Below are positions 25,580 through 40,996 of a stretch of DNA of 64,000 bases, one piece after another. This DNA is from Eledone cirrhosa (taxonomy: Eukaryota): assembly GCA_964016885.1 (NCBI GenBank), contig OZ024741.1, positions 18,228,001-18,292,000 on the forward strand, given 5' to 3'. The notes beneath the pieces are model-generated. The model saw only the letters and a list, made by a program, of their open reading frames with translations, searched no databases and was not told where the DNA came from. The translations under genes were made by a program, and so were the position numbers. Position 1 is the stretch's first letter; each line of letters opens with the position of its first letter.

Positions 25580-26165
25580 TCGAGGCAAGAGGCCGAATTA
25601 AGTGCAAGAATTGCAGGAGTTGGTGTAGTAATGGACCAGCTTCAGAACTCGGTAATCAGAAGAAGGGAGGCAGGTGTAAAAGTTAAACTCGCTGTCTTCA
25701 ATTTGGTATTTGTGCAAACCTTAACCTATGGTTATGAATCTTAGGAATGAGCGAAATACGATTGCAAATACAAGTGGCTGAAATGGGGTTCTTCCTAAGA
25801 GTCTTTGGAATAAGGTTACTCGATAAAGTGTGTAGCTCGAAGATCAGAGAGTCACTCCAAGTAGAGCCATTATTTTTCAGAATTGAGAGATCACGGCTCC
25901 TATACTACAGGAATGAGATTAGAATGTCCCAGGAAAGAATCGAAGGACATATTTTACAGGCGAAACCAAACAACAAGAGAACCAGGAGTTGACCCCAAGC
26001 AAGATGGTTGAATAACATCCATGACCTTGGCTGGTCTAACTTAGGGATCCAACTGGATCAGTTGGAGACGGTTGCTTTCGACGGGAGCCGACGGAAGGAA
26101 TGTTTGAGGATACTTCCCCCATGACACTCCCAGGAATAAGTGGGCAAAGAAGAAAAAGAAGAAGA
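25580..26165 (+). pseudogene. RTE-clade (Expander/Rex3-like) LINE 3' remnant
   Basis: KLAVFNLVFVQTLTYGYES*..IQVAEMGFFLRVFGIRLLDKVCSSKIRESLQVEPLFFRIERSRL..RMSQER..: RTE RT C-terminal pattern; ends in GAA repeats. Confidence 0.8.
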
Positions 26166-26730
26166 AATGTGTGTGCGTAGGTATGTGGACCTCTATGAAT
26201 GTGTGTGTGTTGACCTGTGAATGTGCATGTGTGTGTATGTATGTGCGTAGATGTGTGAACCTGTGTGGATGTTTGTGTGCGTGTATGTTCGAAGGTCTGT
26301 GGACATGTGTGAATGTGCGTGTATGTGTGCATGTATGTGTATGTGTGTTGGTGTTTATACCTGTGTAAATGTGTGTGTGTGTGTATCTGTGAATGTGTCT
26401 ACGTGTGTTGTGACGGGGTCTTTTATTTATAGAAAGAAAGATTAAATGACTAAATATTTCACAGTTACACCAACAATGTAATATCCAGAAGTCTTTTGTG
26501 TATAACTGTGCTTCTTATCATTGTGTGTGTGTGTTGATACATAGCTATGTGTATGCTTATTGGCGTGTGTGTGTGCATATCTTTGCATATATAAGCTCGC
26601 ATATCTGACGAGATGTCGAAAGAGAGTCGAGCCCCATCACTTTGATTGTACGCTGAGCTGATCGATATAGAAACAATTGTAATATGTAAATAAAGTTTGT
26701 ACATATGCTGCAATACTGACTTCGATTCTT

Positions 26731-26802
<72 letters not shown>

Positions 26803-27059
26803 ATCTATCTATCTCTATCTATCTATCTATCTATCTCTTTACGATGGACACATGTGCTGAGCTCGCTCGGTAAGTTTTTGTTTAAATTCATACGGAAATT
26901 GTAAACTGTAAACTTTCATTTTTGTACCATTTTGTAGAGGGACTGCCAGGTCAAATTTTGATCTGGTCGGTCTCTCAAAATATTCTGCGCCTTTGGGCGA
27001 AATAGTATTGTGAACATTTTATCTTTCGAAAAACTTCGAAAAACCCTATTTTGAGAAAA

Positions 27060-27239
27060 ATGGCTGAAGCATCTTCACCATCAATCAAAGAAGGAAAGGG
27101 GAAGTCATACTCACAGCTTCCCCCTGCCACTGTCACAGCAGCAGATGCCAAAGGCAGAGGTCAGAGAGAGGAAGAATTGTCTTCACCTGTTGACCGACCA
27201 CTAGATGTAGCCACAACAACACAAGAATTTGAAAACAAC

Positions 27240-27270
<31 letters not shown>

Positions 27271-28776
27271 GCAACAATAAAGACAACAAAAACAACAACA
27301 ACACAAACGTCACAAGTATCCACACACCAAACGAGAAAGACAACAACAACAACAAAGATGAAAACAACTCAAACGACGAGAAACAAAACAATACTAAAAT
27401 CCAAAGCGAAAACAAAATATCTTTTGCACAAACGGCCAAATTATCAGTCGCGTATGAGCTTGAAGATATTTCAAAAGCAAAAGAAATGCTGGAAAAAGCC
27501 AAGAAATATGTATCTTTTGGCGTAAACGGTTCGTTTTCTATACATTCACCTCCAGAACTAAAAAAAAAGACGGAATTACGAACTGTCGTATTCCGAACAA
27601 TTTTAAATAAAACAAAAAAACCAGCGCAACCATCTCAAGCCGAAATTCAGTTAGTCTTGAAAGACGCGATGAGAGACATCACTTTTATACAAAAGGATAA
27701 ACTCTATGGGAGTTTATCCATATTGATGAAAGACTAATTGGCGGCGAAAAAATACTCTGTGTCGCCAATTCGGTCCACACACTACACCTTCTTCCCCACC
27801 TACATGGGTAAAAAAACCCAGAGGATATGGATAACCACCATCACCCCAAACATAAACTACTGGTGGTTACTAACCGGCTTCCTCAATTTAGACGAGGACA
27901 ACCTCGTTTCAATAGGGAAGGCATCCGGCGACGCGTTCAGTGGAACGAGCATCGAAGTTCTGACCCAAATAAGGCCAGAACGCATCGCCCAAATCCCTGA
28001 GCGCGTCATGCTGGATGACCGTACCCACCTCAACATTATTGTGGAGGGTAGGCGTCCCTCCTGTTACCTCTGTGGCAATAGAGGTCACCTGAGGGCTGCC
28101 TGTCCCCAGCTCACACAGAAAAAAACACTGCTACCAACACCAACACCGCCCCAACAACAACAACAAAAACAACCACAACAACAACAACAACAAAAACCAA
28201 CAACCCCACCACCACCACCACCACAACAACAGCAACAACAAACACGTGAAAAAATAACACAGAATACCGTCCCACCCAAAACAAATACAAAAACACACAC
28301 ACCGCAAACACTACCAGAAAACATACCCCTCCCACCCAACAAGGAAGACGAACCCCTTTCGTCGCAAGACGAAAAAGATCCCTTCCAACAAGTAAAAAGA
28401 AAGAAGAGGAGACGCACCACAGACACACATGTTAACTTTAACCCCCCCCCCCCTCCAAGAGAACACAAACTACACACAAACCACCCCTCCCTGTCACACA
28501 ACACTATCTGCTACACAAAAAAAGACCTTACAATATACATACATGAACACAGACAACAAAGAATTACGGAAAACAATTTCAGCAAACCCTTCGGTCCAAA
28601 CCGAAGGGCCTAACTTTAAAACTGGTGTGGGACTACCTCATTTAAAAATGATAAAAGTCCCAATGCACTTGTACAAAACACTGAAAATAAATTTCACGGA
28701 GGACGTGGGCCCCCCTTGCGCCAAACCAATCAACCGCGTCCTCCTAAAAAATTTCTGGGCCTTGCAACACAGATAG
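27060..28776 (+). pseudogene. LINE ORF1 (gag-like, zinc knuckle CYLCGNRGHLRAAC), disrupted
   Basis: In-frame stop at 27735-27737 and a probable frameshift at the C-run near 28442-28452; N-, Q- and P-rich low-complexity regions. Confidence 0.8.
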
Positions 28777-29074
28777 TTCACTTGGACCCAGGGGGTCGAC
28801 TGGTGGTGCTGGACCTTGGCAGTGGTGAAGGTAGAGCCTTTAGGCTGGTAGCCGCATATGCCCATTTTGGGACTGAGCGGCCCGACTTTTTCCAGCGTCT
28901 GGAGTCTTTTCTAGGGACGTCCCGTTCCCTGCTTTTAGTGGGGGTTGGAATGGTATCCTGGATGCACGTTGGGACTATGCAGGGGCATGTCCCGATAGAG
29001 AGGGGTGCAACAGCCTCAAGGGGTTACTCGGCCGATTTGACCTGGCCGATAGATTTCGACTAGATTTTCAGACG
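28775..29074 (+). pseudogene. Frameshifted, N-terminally deleted APE endonuclease part of ORF2
   Basis: VHLDPGGRLVVLDL..FRLVAAYA..FFQRLESFL..LLLVG; out of frame with 29075. Confidence 0.75.
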
Positions 29075-31939
29075 GTGCCAACCTGGTCTTGGTCAAATCG
29101 CAGCGGATCATCTAGGTCGTACCTAGATAGATTTTTAGTTAGAAATAAGGACAGGGACTTTTTAAGTAGTCCAGAAATGCTCATGGTTGGCTATTCAGAC
29201 CACAAGTTGGTGACCTGCATGGTCAACCTTGATAGAACGCATAGACAGGGCCCCGGTTACTGGAAGCTCAACTTGTCCTTGCCGGCAAGTAGAGCCTACA
29301 GGGATCGGATTAGTACGTTAGTTAAGGAACGGTTGACTGGAGCGATCGTCAACAGCAGGTGGTGGGTATCTCTAAAGAGAGAGATTAGAGTAGTATCGAT
29401 AGAATTTAGTAAGGTTCTAGCTGCGGATAGGAATAGGAAGGAAAGGGAGCTAATAGATAGAGTAGAAGAGGCTATTAGAAGCGGCGACGTGGCCAGAGTG
29501 CTAGCGTCGAGAACGGCTTTGAGCCAGTTTTTCGACGCGAAGCACGAAGGCTGCGTTGTCCGAAGTAAAATACGTGCTCTAGGGAACGAGGGGACCAAAG
29601 CTGTTAGCTGGGCCCGCGTGACAGAGGCCAACAGTGGAACTAAATCCAACATCCGGTCTTTGCGAGACCTGGATGGACGGGCGATTCTTGAGCCTAAGCA
29701 GATGTGTGAGGCCTTTCAAAGGCACTTTGCCCGACTGTTCGGGAGGGGCGGGGAGCCGGTTGAGAACGTGGACTTCGGTCCATACCTCGACGGCCTGCCG
29801 CGCCTCTCGGACAGGGAGGCGAAGTCCTGCGAGGAGCCGATTTTGGCCGCTGAGATAGAGGACGTGCTGAGCCAATGCGGCAAACGCAAATCCCCGGGTC
29901 TCGATGGTCTTCCTTACGAATTATATCTAGCTATGCCGGACTTGTTCCCCGATCTCCTCGAGGCGGTCTACTGCAACTGGCAACAGAACGGGAGAATTCC
30001 CTGTACTGTGACCAAGGGCGTAGTCACGCTAGTGAGGAAGGACGAGAACAAGGGGGACGAAATAAGTAACTTCAGGCCCATAACTCTGCTAAATACAGAG
30101 TTACAGATTTTGGCCAAGGTGCTAGCAAAGAGGTTGGCGCTTGTCGTGGGCAACCTGGTGGGAGATGCGCAGACATGCGCTATCCCGTCCAGGTCCATCC
30201 ATGACAACCTCCACCTCATGCGATACATCATAGAGAGGGTTGGGAACGAACCCCGCTTTGGTGGGGCTCTGATCAACTTGGATCAATCTAAGGCGTTCGA
30301 TAGGGTCGACCATGGTTACCTGGATGCGGTGCTAGCGGCGGCAGGCTTCGGACCCGTTTTCAGGGGCTGGATCACTGCTATGCACAGCAGCCACATCTGC
30401 TCTAGGGTCAAGGTGAACGGCTACCTCTCGGAGCCGTTCAAAATCGCGCGGTCCATCCGACAAGGGTGCCCTCTCTCCTCCCTTCTGTATGTGTTGACTC
30501 TCGAGCCACTACTGCGGAAGTTGGAGTTGTTGCAGGGCATCCCTTTGGAACCGGGATTGCGGAAAGCGGTGTCGGCCTACGCCGATGACGTGACAGTAAT
30601 CGAGGCGGTCGGCACCTTACTGGAGGAGTACGAAAGGTTGACAGGGGCTAAGCTGAACCGGGACAAGTCGATCGGTTTGCAACTCGGCACGTGGAGGGGC
30701 AGACCGATGCCCTCCGATGGCGTCGTCGGACGCTGGACGGAGGGCCCGGTGAAGTTGCTCGGGGTCTGGTTCGGACCGGACCTCCAGGTGGAGAAAAACT
30801 GGGCGGAGGTTACGAACAGGGTGTTTGCACTGACCCAGAAGTGGGCCAGTTGCAAACTATCCCTGAAAGGTCGGGCGGAGGTGGCGAACACCTACATAGC
30901 GTCCGTCATCTACTACCGCCTGACCGTAGTGCCCTGCCCAAGGGAAACCCTCACCAAGATGGAGCGCGCACTCTTCCAATTCCTTTGGAAGAGGCGGGCT
31001 CCTATGTTGAGGAGATCCATCTGCTGTCAACACCCTTCGAAAGGAGGGCTGGGGATGCCGTGGCTAATGATGCGTAAACACGCATTAAGGCTACGGCACC
31101 TCTACGTATTCCTCACCGGTCAACCGGTGTGGGCCTCATTTGTGAGACGAACCTTTCCCAGACTCGTCTCACTCACCGAGCTGCAATCCTGGGTCAAGCA
31201 AAGACCGAGAAAACTGGGCGCCTGGCACACTGAGTGTGCCCAGGCGCTCACCGCCCTCTGGCAGGCGGATCCGGTTATCAGTGGAGACTCCACCACAACA
31301 TTCTATAGAGGGCTGGTACGCAGCAGGTGCGACGACGCCCTCGGAGAAGCCCTAGACATGGAGGCAGACGAACTGGCCAGCCTGTTCGGTAGGACATTCA
31401 GCCCGGGACCTATGGACAACATCCAGAAGTCCCTGGCCTGGCAGTGCTACCGAGGGGCTTTACCCATTCGAGAAAGGCTCTACAGACACGGGCGCCCGGG
31501 TAGGGACCCCGCCAAAAATATCTGTCCCAGATGCGTGTGCGACGAGGAAACCGTTGCACACGCATTGGTACACTGCTCGGGCGTAGCCGATCTGTGGGGC
31601 TATGTCGAACAACTGCTGTCAAGGGTGGGACCGATCCGGTTGACCACCGAGTCTATTGTAATGATCAAGCCGCCTCCCCCCTTCAAAGATGAAGCAGAGG
31701 CGGTGTTTCTGTGCGTAATAGCCATGGCGAAAGAGGTTGTATGGTGGACGCGTCTGAAAGGACTGAGGTCAGGCACCTTTCTCTCTGGCCAACAACTGGT
31801 CCGTTTCTTCCGATATCATTTCGGAAGAAGGATCAGGATGGAGAGAGAGGTGCTGCACCCCAGTCGTTTTTATGAAAGGTGGGTGAAAGTGGCGAGAATG
31901 GCCCGTGTGAATGGGCCTTCACTTTACATAAGCCTGTAG
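29075..31939 (+). CDS. LINE ORF2: APE C-terminus, reverse transcriptase, C-terminal CCHC
   Basis: SYLDR, SDHK, GYWKLN, KSPGLDG, NFRPITLLN, LDQSKAFDRV, RQGCPLS, YADD, CPRC..ETVAHALVHC; open for 954 aa. Confidence 0.9.
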   Translation: MPTWSWSNRSGSSRSYLDRFLVRNKDRDFLSSPEMLMVGYSDHKLVTCMVNLDRTHRQGPGYWKLNLSLPASRAYRDRISTLVKERLTGAIVNSRWWVSLKREIRVVSIEFSKVLAADRNRKERELIDRVEEAIRSGDVARVLASRTALSQFFDAKHEGCVVRSKIRALGNEGTKAVSWARVTEANSGTKSNIRSLRDLDGRAILEPKQMCEAFQRHFARLFGRGGEPVENVDFGPYLDGLPRLSDREAKSCEEPILAAEIEDVLSQCGKRKSPGLDGLPYELYLAMPDLFPDLLEAVYCNWQQNGRIPCTVTKGVVTLVRKDENKGDEISNFRPITLLNTELQILAKVLAKRLALVVGNLVGDAQTCAIPSRSIHDNLHLMRYIIERVGNEPRFGGALINLDQSKAFDRVDHGYLDAVLAAAGFGPVFRGWITAMHSSHICSRVKVNGYLSEPFKIARSIRQGCPLSSLLYVLTLEPLLRKLELLQGIPLEPGLRKAVSAYADDVTVIEAVGTLLEEYERLTGAKLNRDKSIGLQLGTWRGRPMPSDGVVGRWTEGPVKLLGVWFGPDLQVEKNWAEVTNRVFALTQKWASCKLSLKGRAEVANTYIASVIYYRLTVVPCPRETLTKMERALFQFLWKRRAPMLRRSICCQHPSKGGLGMPWLMMRKHALRLRHLYVFLTGQPVWASFVRRTFPRLVSLTELQSWVKQRPRKLGAWHTECAQALTALWQADPVISGDSTTTFYRGLVRSRCDDALGEALDMEADELASLFGRTFSPGPMDNIQKSLAWQCYRGALPIRERLYRHGRPGRDPAKNICPRCVCDEETVAHALVHCSGVADLWGYVEQLLSRVGPIRLTTESIVMIKPPPPFKDEAEAVFLCVIAMAKEVVWWTRLKGLRSGTFLSGQQLVRFFRYHFGRRIRMEREVLHPSRFYERWVKVARMARVNGPSLYISL

Positions 31940-32334
31940 GTGGAAAAGAGGAAGGAACGAGGGAGCACCCCTCTCTGTGCTCCTGAGGAAAACGGTTGCA
32001 CACTTTTTTCGGGGGTTTGTTATAAATTTTATTTTTTGTTATATTTTATTTTATTTTTATATTTTGTTATTGCCTCCTCCTTATTGAGGACGCCTTTTTG
32101 TGTAAACTCCCCCCTTTGTACTTGTCCCACTTTTGATGCCCTGGTGGCAAATAAAAGAAACATATCTATCTCTCTTTCCCGTCTCTCTCTCTCCGTCTCT
32201 CTACCTATCTGTGTGTGTTTGTGTGTGTATGTGTACGTGTGACAGCTCACACCTATGCAGGTTTAGCTGGCCTCCTCCAAGATATATCTCGTTGGAGGTG
32301 TCTTGGGTGATTTAATGATAGGGACCTCAGTCCT

Positions 32335-32472
32335 ATCATCTCATTTCTACAGCTGAGTAAATTGGAGCAACGTGCCTTGCTCAAGGAAACAACACATCAC
32401 CCGATCCGAGAATTGAACTCACAACCTTTCGATTGCAAGCCCAATGCTCTAACCACTAAGCCATGCGCCTTC
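32335..32472 (-). mobile_element. Second tRNA-derived SINE family
   Basis: Minus strand GAAGGCGCATGGCTTAGTGGTTAG..GAGTTCAATTC..TCCTTGAGCAAGGCAC; related to 60077. Confidence 0.7.
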
Positions 32473-32533
32473 TATTTATCTATCTATATGTATATATGTG
32501 TGTGTGTGTATGTGTGTGTAAAGAGAGAAAGAA

Positions 32534-32725
32534 ATAATTGTTTCTACTTTTGGCACAAGGCCAGCAATCTAACAGTGTATTACTGGTACTTTATTTTATC
32601 GACCCCGTAAGGATGAAAGGCAAAGTTAACCTCGGTGGGATTTAAACTCAGAATGGAAAGGGCCGTAACTCTTTGCGTCAAAGCATGGCGTCCGACCCTC
32701 TTCCGATACTGCCAATCCACCGCAT
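32534..32725 (-). mobile_element. tRNA-derived SINE (dominant family)
   Basis: Matches the 1966 copy. Confidence 0.85.
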
Positions 32726-33802
32726 AATAATAAGAGAAAATAGATGTATGTATGTGCTGCGTGTGTGCAAATATGTGTGTATATGTTCGTGCGTATGCGC
32801 ATGTATGTGTGTGGGATGGTGGGGGTGGCGGCATGTGCAGGCGCGCGCGCGTATGTGTGTGTGTCTCTCTCCCTCTGTGCGTGTATGTGTGTATGTGTGT
32901 GTGCGTGTCTGTGTGTGTGTGTTTATTTGCGTGTGTATGTGTGTATGTGTGTATGTGTGTGTGTGTGATTGTGTGTGTGTGTGTGTGTGTGTATAACTGT
33001 TGTGGGTGTTTTTTGTGCCTCTCACAGACTACTGACGTTTTTTTCTTTCCTGATAAGATAAAGGTTTCCTTTTGTACATATATATACACACGTATGTATA
33101 AACATCTGCACCTACATATACATATATATACACACGTATGTATAAACATCTGCACCTACATATATATATATATACACGCGTATGTATAAACATCTACACC
33201 TACATATATCTACATATACACACGCATTCATACATATACACACGTACATATATACATCTACATCTACATACACACATAGAAACATACATTCATAGATATA
33301 CACACACACTCCATCTCTCATATTTGGCTATTTAAATAGTTACACATACACACATAAACGTATATACACGCATATTCACGCATATACACACATATACACA
33401 CATATACACACATATACACGCATATACACGCATGTACACACATATACACGCATATACACGCATGTATACACATATACACAAATATACACGCATTTATACA
33501 CATATACACACATATACACACATGCATACCACAGGAATATATAACGAATGTATATATATGTAACACATGGAAGAAAAATGTAAAAAATAAATATTTATAT
33601 ACATGCGTGCCAGTTTATATACACACGTATATACGCACACTTAAGTATGTCTACCCATATAGATACACGCATCCATATACATGTATGCATACATGCATAC
33701 ATAAATATACATACATAATCATATACATACACTCATACATACATCCATACATACATAGATACCAATATACATACATACATACCAACATACACACATACAT
33801 AC

Positions 33803-33837
<35 letters not shown>

Positions 33838-34104
33838 CATACATGCATACATATACATACATACATTCATACATACATACCTATGCACATACATAAACAT
33901 ACATACATACATACATACATACATACCAACATACATATATATATACACTCATACACGGGATTGTTGACGAGGCACTTAACGAAGCCCCACATCTGACATT
34001 CCTGTAGAAGCTCTATTAAAAGAGGTGTTAATAATTGTCTTGGCATATTCTCACCCTATCACCGATGCCAACGTAATGAGCCGGAAATAATAACAATAAT
34101 AATA

Positions 34105-35095
34105 ATAATAACGATTTCTACTATGGCCACAAGGCCAGCAATTTTAAGGGAGGATATAATCGATTATATCGACCCCAGTGCGTTACTGGTACTTTATTTC
34201 ATCGACCCTGTTTGGATGAAAGGCAAAGCTAACCTCGGAGGGATCTGAACTCAAAACATAAAGTTCCAAGTTTTGATTTAGGCGCAAGGCCAAACATTTT
34301 GGGAGAGGGGAAAGTCGATTAAATCGAAACCAGTTCATTACTGGTACTTTATTTTATCTACCCCGTAAGGATGACAGGCAAAGCTAACCTTGGCACGATT
34401 TGAACTCAGAACGTAAAGGGTAGTAACTATATGCTGCAGAGCATGGTGTCTGACGCTCTACCGATACTGCCAATTCACCAAAAATATAGCATCTTAAAGC
34501 CTGTACAATACCAATGATAGTCGTTGAACTTGGAATAATAAAAAAGGGAACTGAAAAACCCTGGACCGAATACCTGGAAATCCATCTCTGTAATAGATAC
34601 AGAAAATTGTGCTGAGTGGCAGCGCTCATGTCTTGAGAAGGACATTATCAATTTAAATACCTTGTAAAGATATTTACGGTTTTGTTCAAACCACCATGGT
34701 ATCATTTGTATGACAATTGATGGTATAATGTGTCTATTACCAAACTTTAGCTCAGGTATCAGGATGACACTCGGCATGATTCGGGAACTTTCAAATAATA
34801 ATGATAATTGTGTCTACTTTTGGCACAAGGCCAGCAATAATCCAGTGCATTACTGGTACTTTATTTTATCGACTCTGTAAGGATGAAAGGCAAAGTTAAC
34901 TTCGGCGGGATTTGAACTCAGAATGGCAAGGGCCTTAACTCTATGCGTCAAAGCATGGCATCCGACCCTCTACCGATACTGTCAATCCACCGCCCTTTCA
35001 AATAATAATAATAATAATGGTTTTTGATTTAGGCACAAGTCCAACAATTTTGGGGGAGGGGAACATCGATTAAATCGACCCCAGTGTATTACTGA
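34105..35095 (-). mobile_element. Cluster of dominant-family SINE copies and fragments
   Basis: Copies at about 34110-34260, 34270-34480, 34806-34995 and 35018-35095. Confidence 0.8.
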
Positions 35096-35097
35096 TT

Positions 35098-35440
35098 ATA
35101 ATAAACAGGTAAATCATAATAAATAAAACTAGTACAGAAAAAAATTAGGAACGAGGCAAAGGATTCCCATACGGCGATTCCCTGGGTGCTCCAAACACCA
35201 CACCGGATAACCCTGACACGCGAAGGGCAATATCTTCTAAAAATAAAAAAAAGTAGGGTAGGAGAGACAAAACAGAATATTATACCAAATTGAAGTATGA
35301 AAGAGTTAATTGCTGGAATAATGAAGTTGACAAGTTCATTATACTGCCAATTATCATGGGGTCTTTGGAAGCTATGAGGACGAGGAATTGAAGAGTAAAC
35401 CTTGGAAAGCTATTGCTTAATCATAAAGGGGATGTGATGT
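35098..35440 (+). pseudogene. Possible REL-endonuclease (R4/Dong-like) LINE 3' remnant
   Basis: EYYTKLKYERVNCWNNEVDKFIILPIIMGSLEAM resembles the KY..L..E....W....IPIVIGALG motif. Confidence 0.45.
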
Positions 35441-35453
35441 AGAAAATGCGTTT

Positions 35454-35990
35454 ACGAGGGTGGATTGAAAAGTTCATAGACTAACTATGAAGGATTGATG
35501 CTAGAGCTGTGAAATCTTGCATGCATCAATTTCAACTCTTATTATTAACTGAATTGTTAGGGGCGGTGGATTAGCAGTATCGGTAGATGGTCGGACGCCA
35601 TGCTTTGACGCATAGAGTTACGGCCTTTGCCATTCTGAGTTCAAATCCTGCCGAGGTTAACTTTGCCTTTCATCCTTACGAGGACGATAAAATAAAGTAC
35701 CAGTAATACACTGGTTATTGCTGGCCTGGTGTCAAAAGTAGACACAATTATTAACTGAATTGTTTCTTTCCAAGGACTATGTTGAAAAATAAACCTCATT
35801 TAGTCATTCCATGAGTATATCTTGGTCTGCCTATGAAGAAGTGAAGCTAGAGCTGCGAAATCTTGCATGCATTAAATTAAACTCTTCTTATTATTAACTG
35901 AATTGTTTCTTTCCAGGAACTATGATGAAAAATAAACCGCATTTGGTCATTCCATGAGAGTATCTTGGTCAGCCTATGATCCACCCGGTG
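35454..35990. mobile_element. Mariner-like MITE interrupted by a SINE (35560-35752, + strand)
   Basis: TA-CGAGGGGTGGATTGAAAAGTTCATAG start; degenerate inverted end CCTATGATCCACCCGG; internal tandem duplication. Confidence 0.5.
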
Positions 35991-36279
35991 ACAGTCTCGG
36001 AACGCAAATAAGTACAGCTTGTTTCTTATACATTACTTAGTCATCAGTTGAGGGTTCAGCGTCTTCCATATCCCCTCCCCATCACCAGCCCACCCCCAAA
36101 CCTCTCTCACGTCCAACCATTATTAAAAAAGATTCCTCATCTCCCTCGTGTCATTGTCATGCGCAATTAACAACTCATTATTGAAATCTGTGTGTGAGTC
36201 GAAACAAATGAAGACTCCAGATTCTTAGAATTACTTTGAAGTTGGCGGATCTGAAATTGTAATTGTTGTTGCTTGCTGT

Positions 36280-36362
36280 TATTGTTGTTGATGATGATGA
36301 TGGCTGTGGTGGGGATGGAGGTGATGGTGGTGGTGGTGGTTGGGATGATGGTGGTGGTGGGG

Positions 36363-36394
<32 letters not shown>

Positions 36395-36810
36395 CGGTGG
36401 TCGTGGTGGGGATGATGATGGTGGTGGTGGTGGTGGTTGGAATGATAATGGTGGCGGTGGTGATGGTGGTGGTGGGGATGATGATGATGATCATGATGAT
36501 GGGGCTGGTGGTTGGGATGATGGTGGTGGTAGTCATCGTCGTGGTGGGGATGATGATGATGATGATGATGGTGGTGATGTTGATGATGATGGTAGTGGTG
36601 GTGGTGATAAAGATGAGCATGAAGAGGTAGAAGACGGTGATGAGAAAAAGAGGGAGGTGGAGGGGAAGAAGAGAAAGAGATGGCGAAGAAGAAGAAGAAG
36701 AAGAAGAAGAAGAAGAAGATGAAGAAGAAGAAGAAGAAGAAGAAGAAGAAGAAGAAGAAGAAGAAGAAGAAGAAGAAGAAGAAGAAAAAAACGACGACGA
36801 AGAAGAAGAA
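36280..36810. repeat. (GAT/GGT)n and (GAA)n trinucleotide tracts
   Basis: Direct reading. Confidence 0.9.
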
Positions 36811-37210
36811 ATAGCGGGATAAGAAGGAGCAGCAGGAAAACGAAGATGACGATGATGATGATGATGATAATAGTGATGCTGATAAGGAGGTAGAGAGCGG
36901 GGAGGTGATGATGTGTCAGTTTATTTCTTCCTCTTCTTCCTCTTTCTATTCCGTCCTTCTCTCCTTCCTTCCCTCCTTCCTTCCCTCCTTCCTTCCCTCC
37001 ATCCTTCCCTCCTTCCTTCCCTCCTTCTTTCCACTGCAGATATAAAAATATGTTCTTAAGATATGAAATATTCCACATGTGGCTCGACAATTTCTCTTCT
37101 TTATATCACGAACACATACATATAAGCTTGGGAGTTGTGTGTGAACGCACACACACACACACGCACACACATATATATATATATATATATACATTCATAC
37201 ACACGCATGC

Positions 37211-37245
<35 letters not shown>

Positions 37246-37299
37246 GAGAGGAAATGGTGTATATATATATTATCAAATGATTCTATGTACATACTTTAT

Positions 37300-38727
<1,428 letters not shown>

Positions 38728-38786
38728 ACAAAGAAAGTGTGGTAAGAAACGGGGTGGACTTTTTTCCTATATATATAAATATATAC

Positions 38787-38843
<57 letters not shown>

Positions 38844-39026
38844 CATGTTTGTAATTATTTATGAGTGTACAAGCTTATTTCTATTCCGGGTGTTCAGAGA
38901 GCGAAAATAATCTGATACATGCGAGTACGAGACATTGGTATGTGCATAAAATATATATACACACATACATATATATATATATATATACACACATATATAT
39001 ACACACATATATATATATATATACAT

Positions 39027-39069
<43 letters not shown>

Positions 39070-39168
39070 TATATATATACACACACACACATATATATAT
39101 ATATATACACACACACATATATATACACACACGCATATATATATATATATATATACACAAACACACAC

Positions 39169-39245
<77 letters not shown>

Positions 39246-39248
<3 letters not shown>

Positions 39249-39675
39249 AGGAAGTTATAGTTCACTTGAAGCATTGTGTAATGAGGTATAAACGTTTGTA
39301 TATGTATAATAAAGTCAAAACAATGCAGGTATGGGCATATAATAAAGAATGCAAATGCAAAAGATACTGTTGACAATTAGTCTTTTACCTTAGATTTATT
39401 TAAATGTCCTTAATTTTCGAGATAATATCTCTTCTTCGGAGGGAAGTAAAGCGGTTAAACCAGTGTTCTGTCAGCATGACTTGGCAAGCTATTTAGAACA
39501 CTGGTTTAAACGCTTTACTTCCCTACAAAGAAGAGATATTATCTCGAAAATTAAGGACATTTAAATAAATCTAAGGTAAAAGACTAATTGTCAACAATAT
39601 CTTTTGCATTTGCATTCTTTATTCTATGTCCATACCTGCATTGTTTTGGCTTTATTATACATATACAAACGTTTA
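39246..39675. mobile_element. PLE-like fold-back plus tail, degenerate HHR
   Basis: 39288-39469 inverted at 39494-39675; ~42-nt tail; minus strand CCGAAGA agagat..tctc GAAA. Confidence 0.7.
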
Positions 39676-39778
39676 TATATATATATATATATATCGGTGC
39701 CCCAGTATGGCCTCAGCCGGATGGCTGGAACAGGTAAAAGAGTAAACTAAACAGGTAAAACAGTAAAATGCACGCACG

Positions 39779-39901
<123 letters not shown>

Positions 39902-40419
39902 GTGTGTACGTGCATATATATATCGAGCTCTCTTTGGATTTTAGTCTTCAAATTTATTATTATTACTATATATATATATAAATTAATATATATGATAAAC
40001 ACTAATACAATCATATAGGTGTTTGCATTGTAAATGACCAAGTTAGCTAGATTGAAAAATACTAATTAGATTAATACAGTTTGCCTGTCTCGATTTAAAA
40101 TAATAAATCAATAAAAACAAACCCATATTGGCAATGGCCGTGGTACTTGGACAAATTTAAATTTCAAAATCCAAACCTGTTCCGTAGATAAGTTTAAACT
40201 TCAAAACCCAAATAAATTTCGATAATTGAAAAAGTGAAAAATTCCATCTTCTGCTCTCATCAGCAAGTACCCAGAAAATTGGTATATTTCACCTCAAAAT
40301 ATTTAGGAGAACTGATTGACGCATAATGGTTTTTCAGCGTCTAGCTATCTCATACTCGTGCTGCTAGAAATAACAGCCGTTTTTATGGGATTAAATTTAA
40401 CTCAACAAAAGGAGCCGTT

Positions 40420-40713
<294 letters not shown>

Positions 40714-40949
40714 CGTGTGTGTGTGTGTACGGTTTACAAAGATACAGCTGCCATGTTGTATCGGTTTTGCCTTTTCGTTGGACAACCAACATCGTATGGA
40801 CAACATTGGTGGCGTGGAGAGGGAAGACTGGCATAGAGGTGGGGTGGCTCCTGGTCTCACATAAAACACCTTGCCACTTCTGGCATCTTGGCCTGGAACT
40901 AACCAGGTGCAACTCTTTGGTCAGAAATAAGCTATCACCACCCATGCTT

Positions 40950-40996
<47 letters not shown>

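Larger units (their letters stand above)
26840..32165 (+). mobile_element. Tx1-type L1-clade LINE, near full length, in TC/TCTA microsatellite
   Basis: ORF1 with CCHC knuckle, ORF2 with APE-RT-CCHC, AATAAA at the 3' end, ATCTATCTCT on both flanks (possible TSD). Confidence 0.92.

Noticed and set aside
29296-31622. Antisense and alternate-frame ORFs inside LINE ORF2
   Set aside because: Expected by-products of GC-rich coding sequence.
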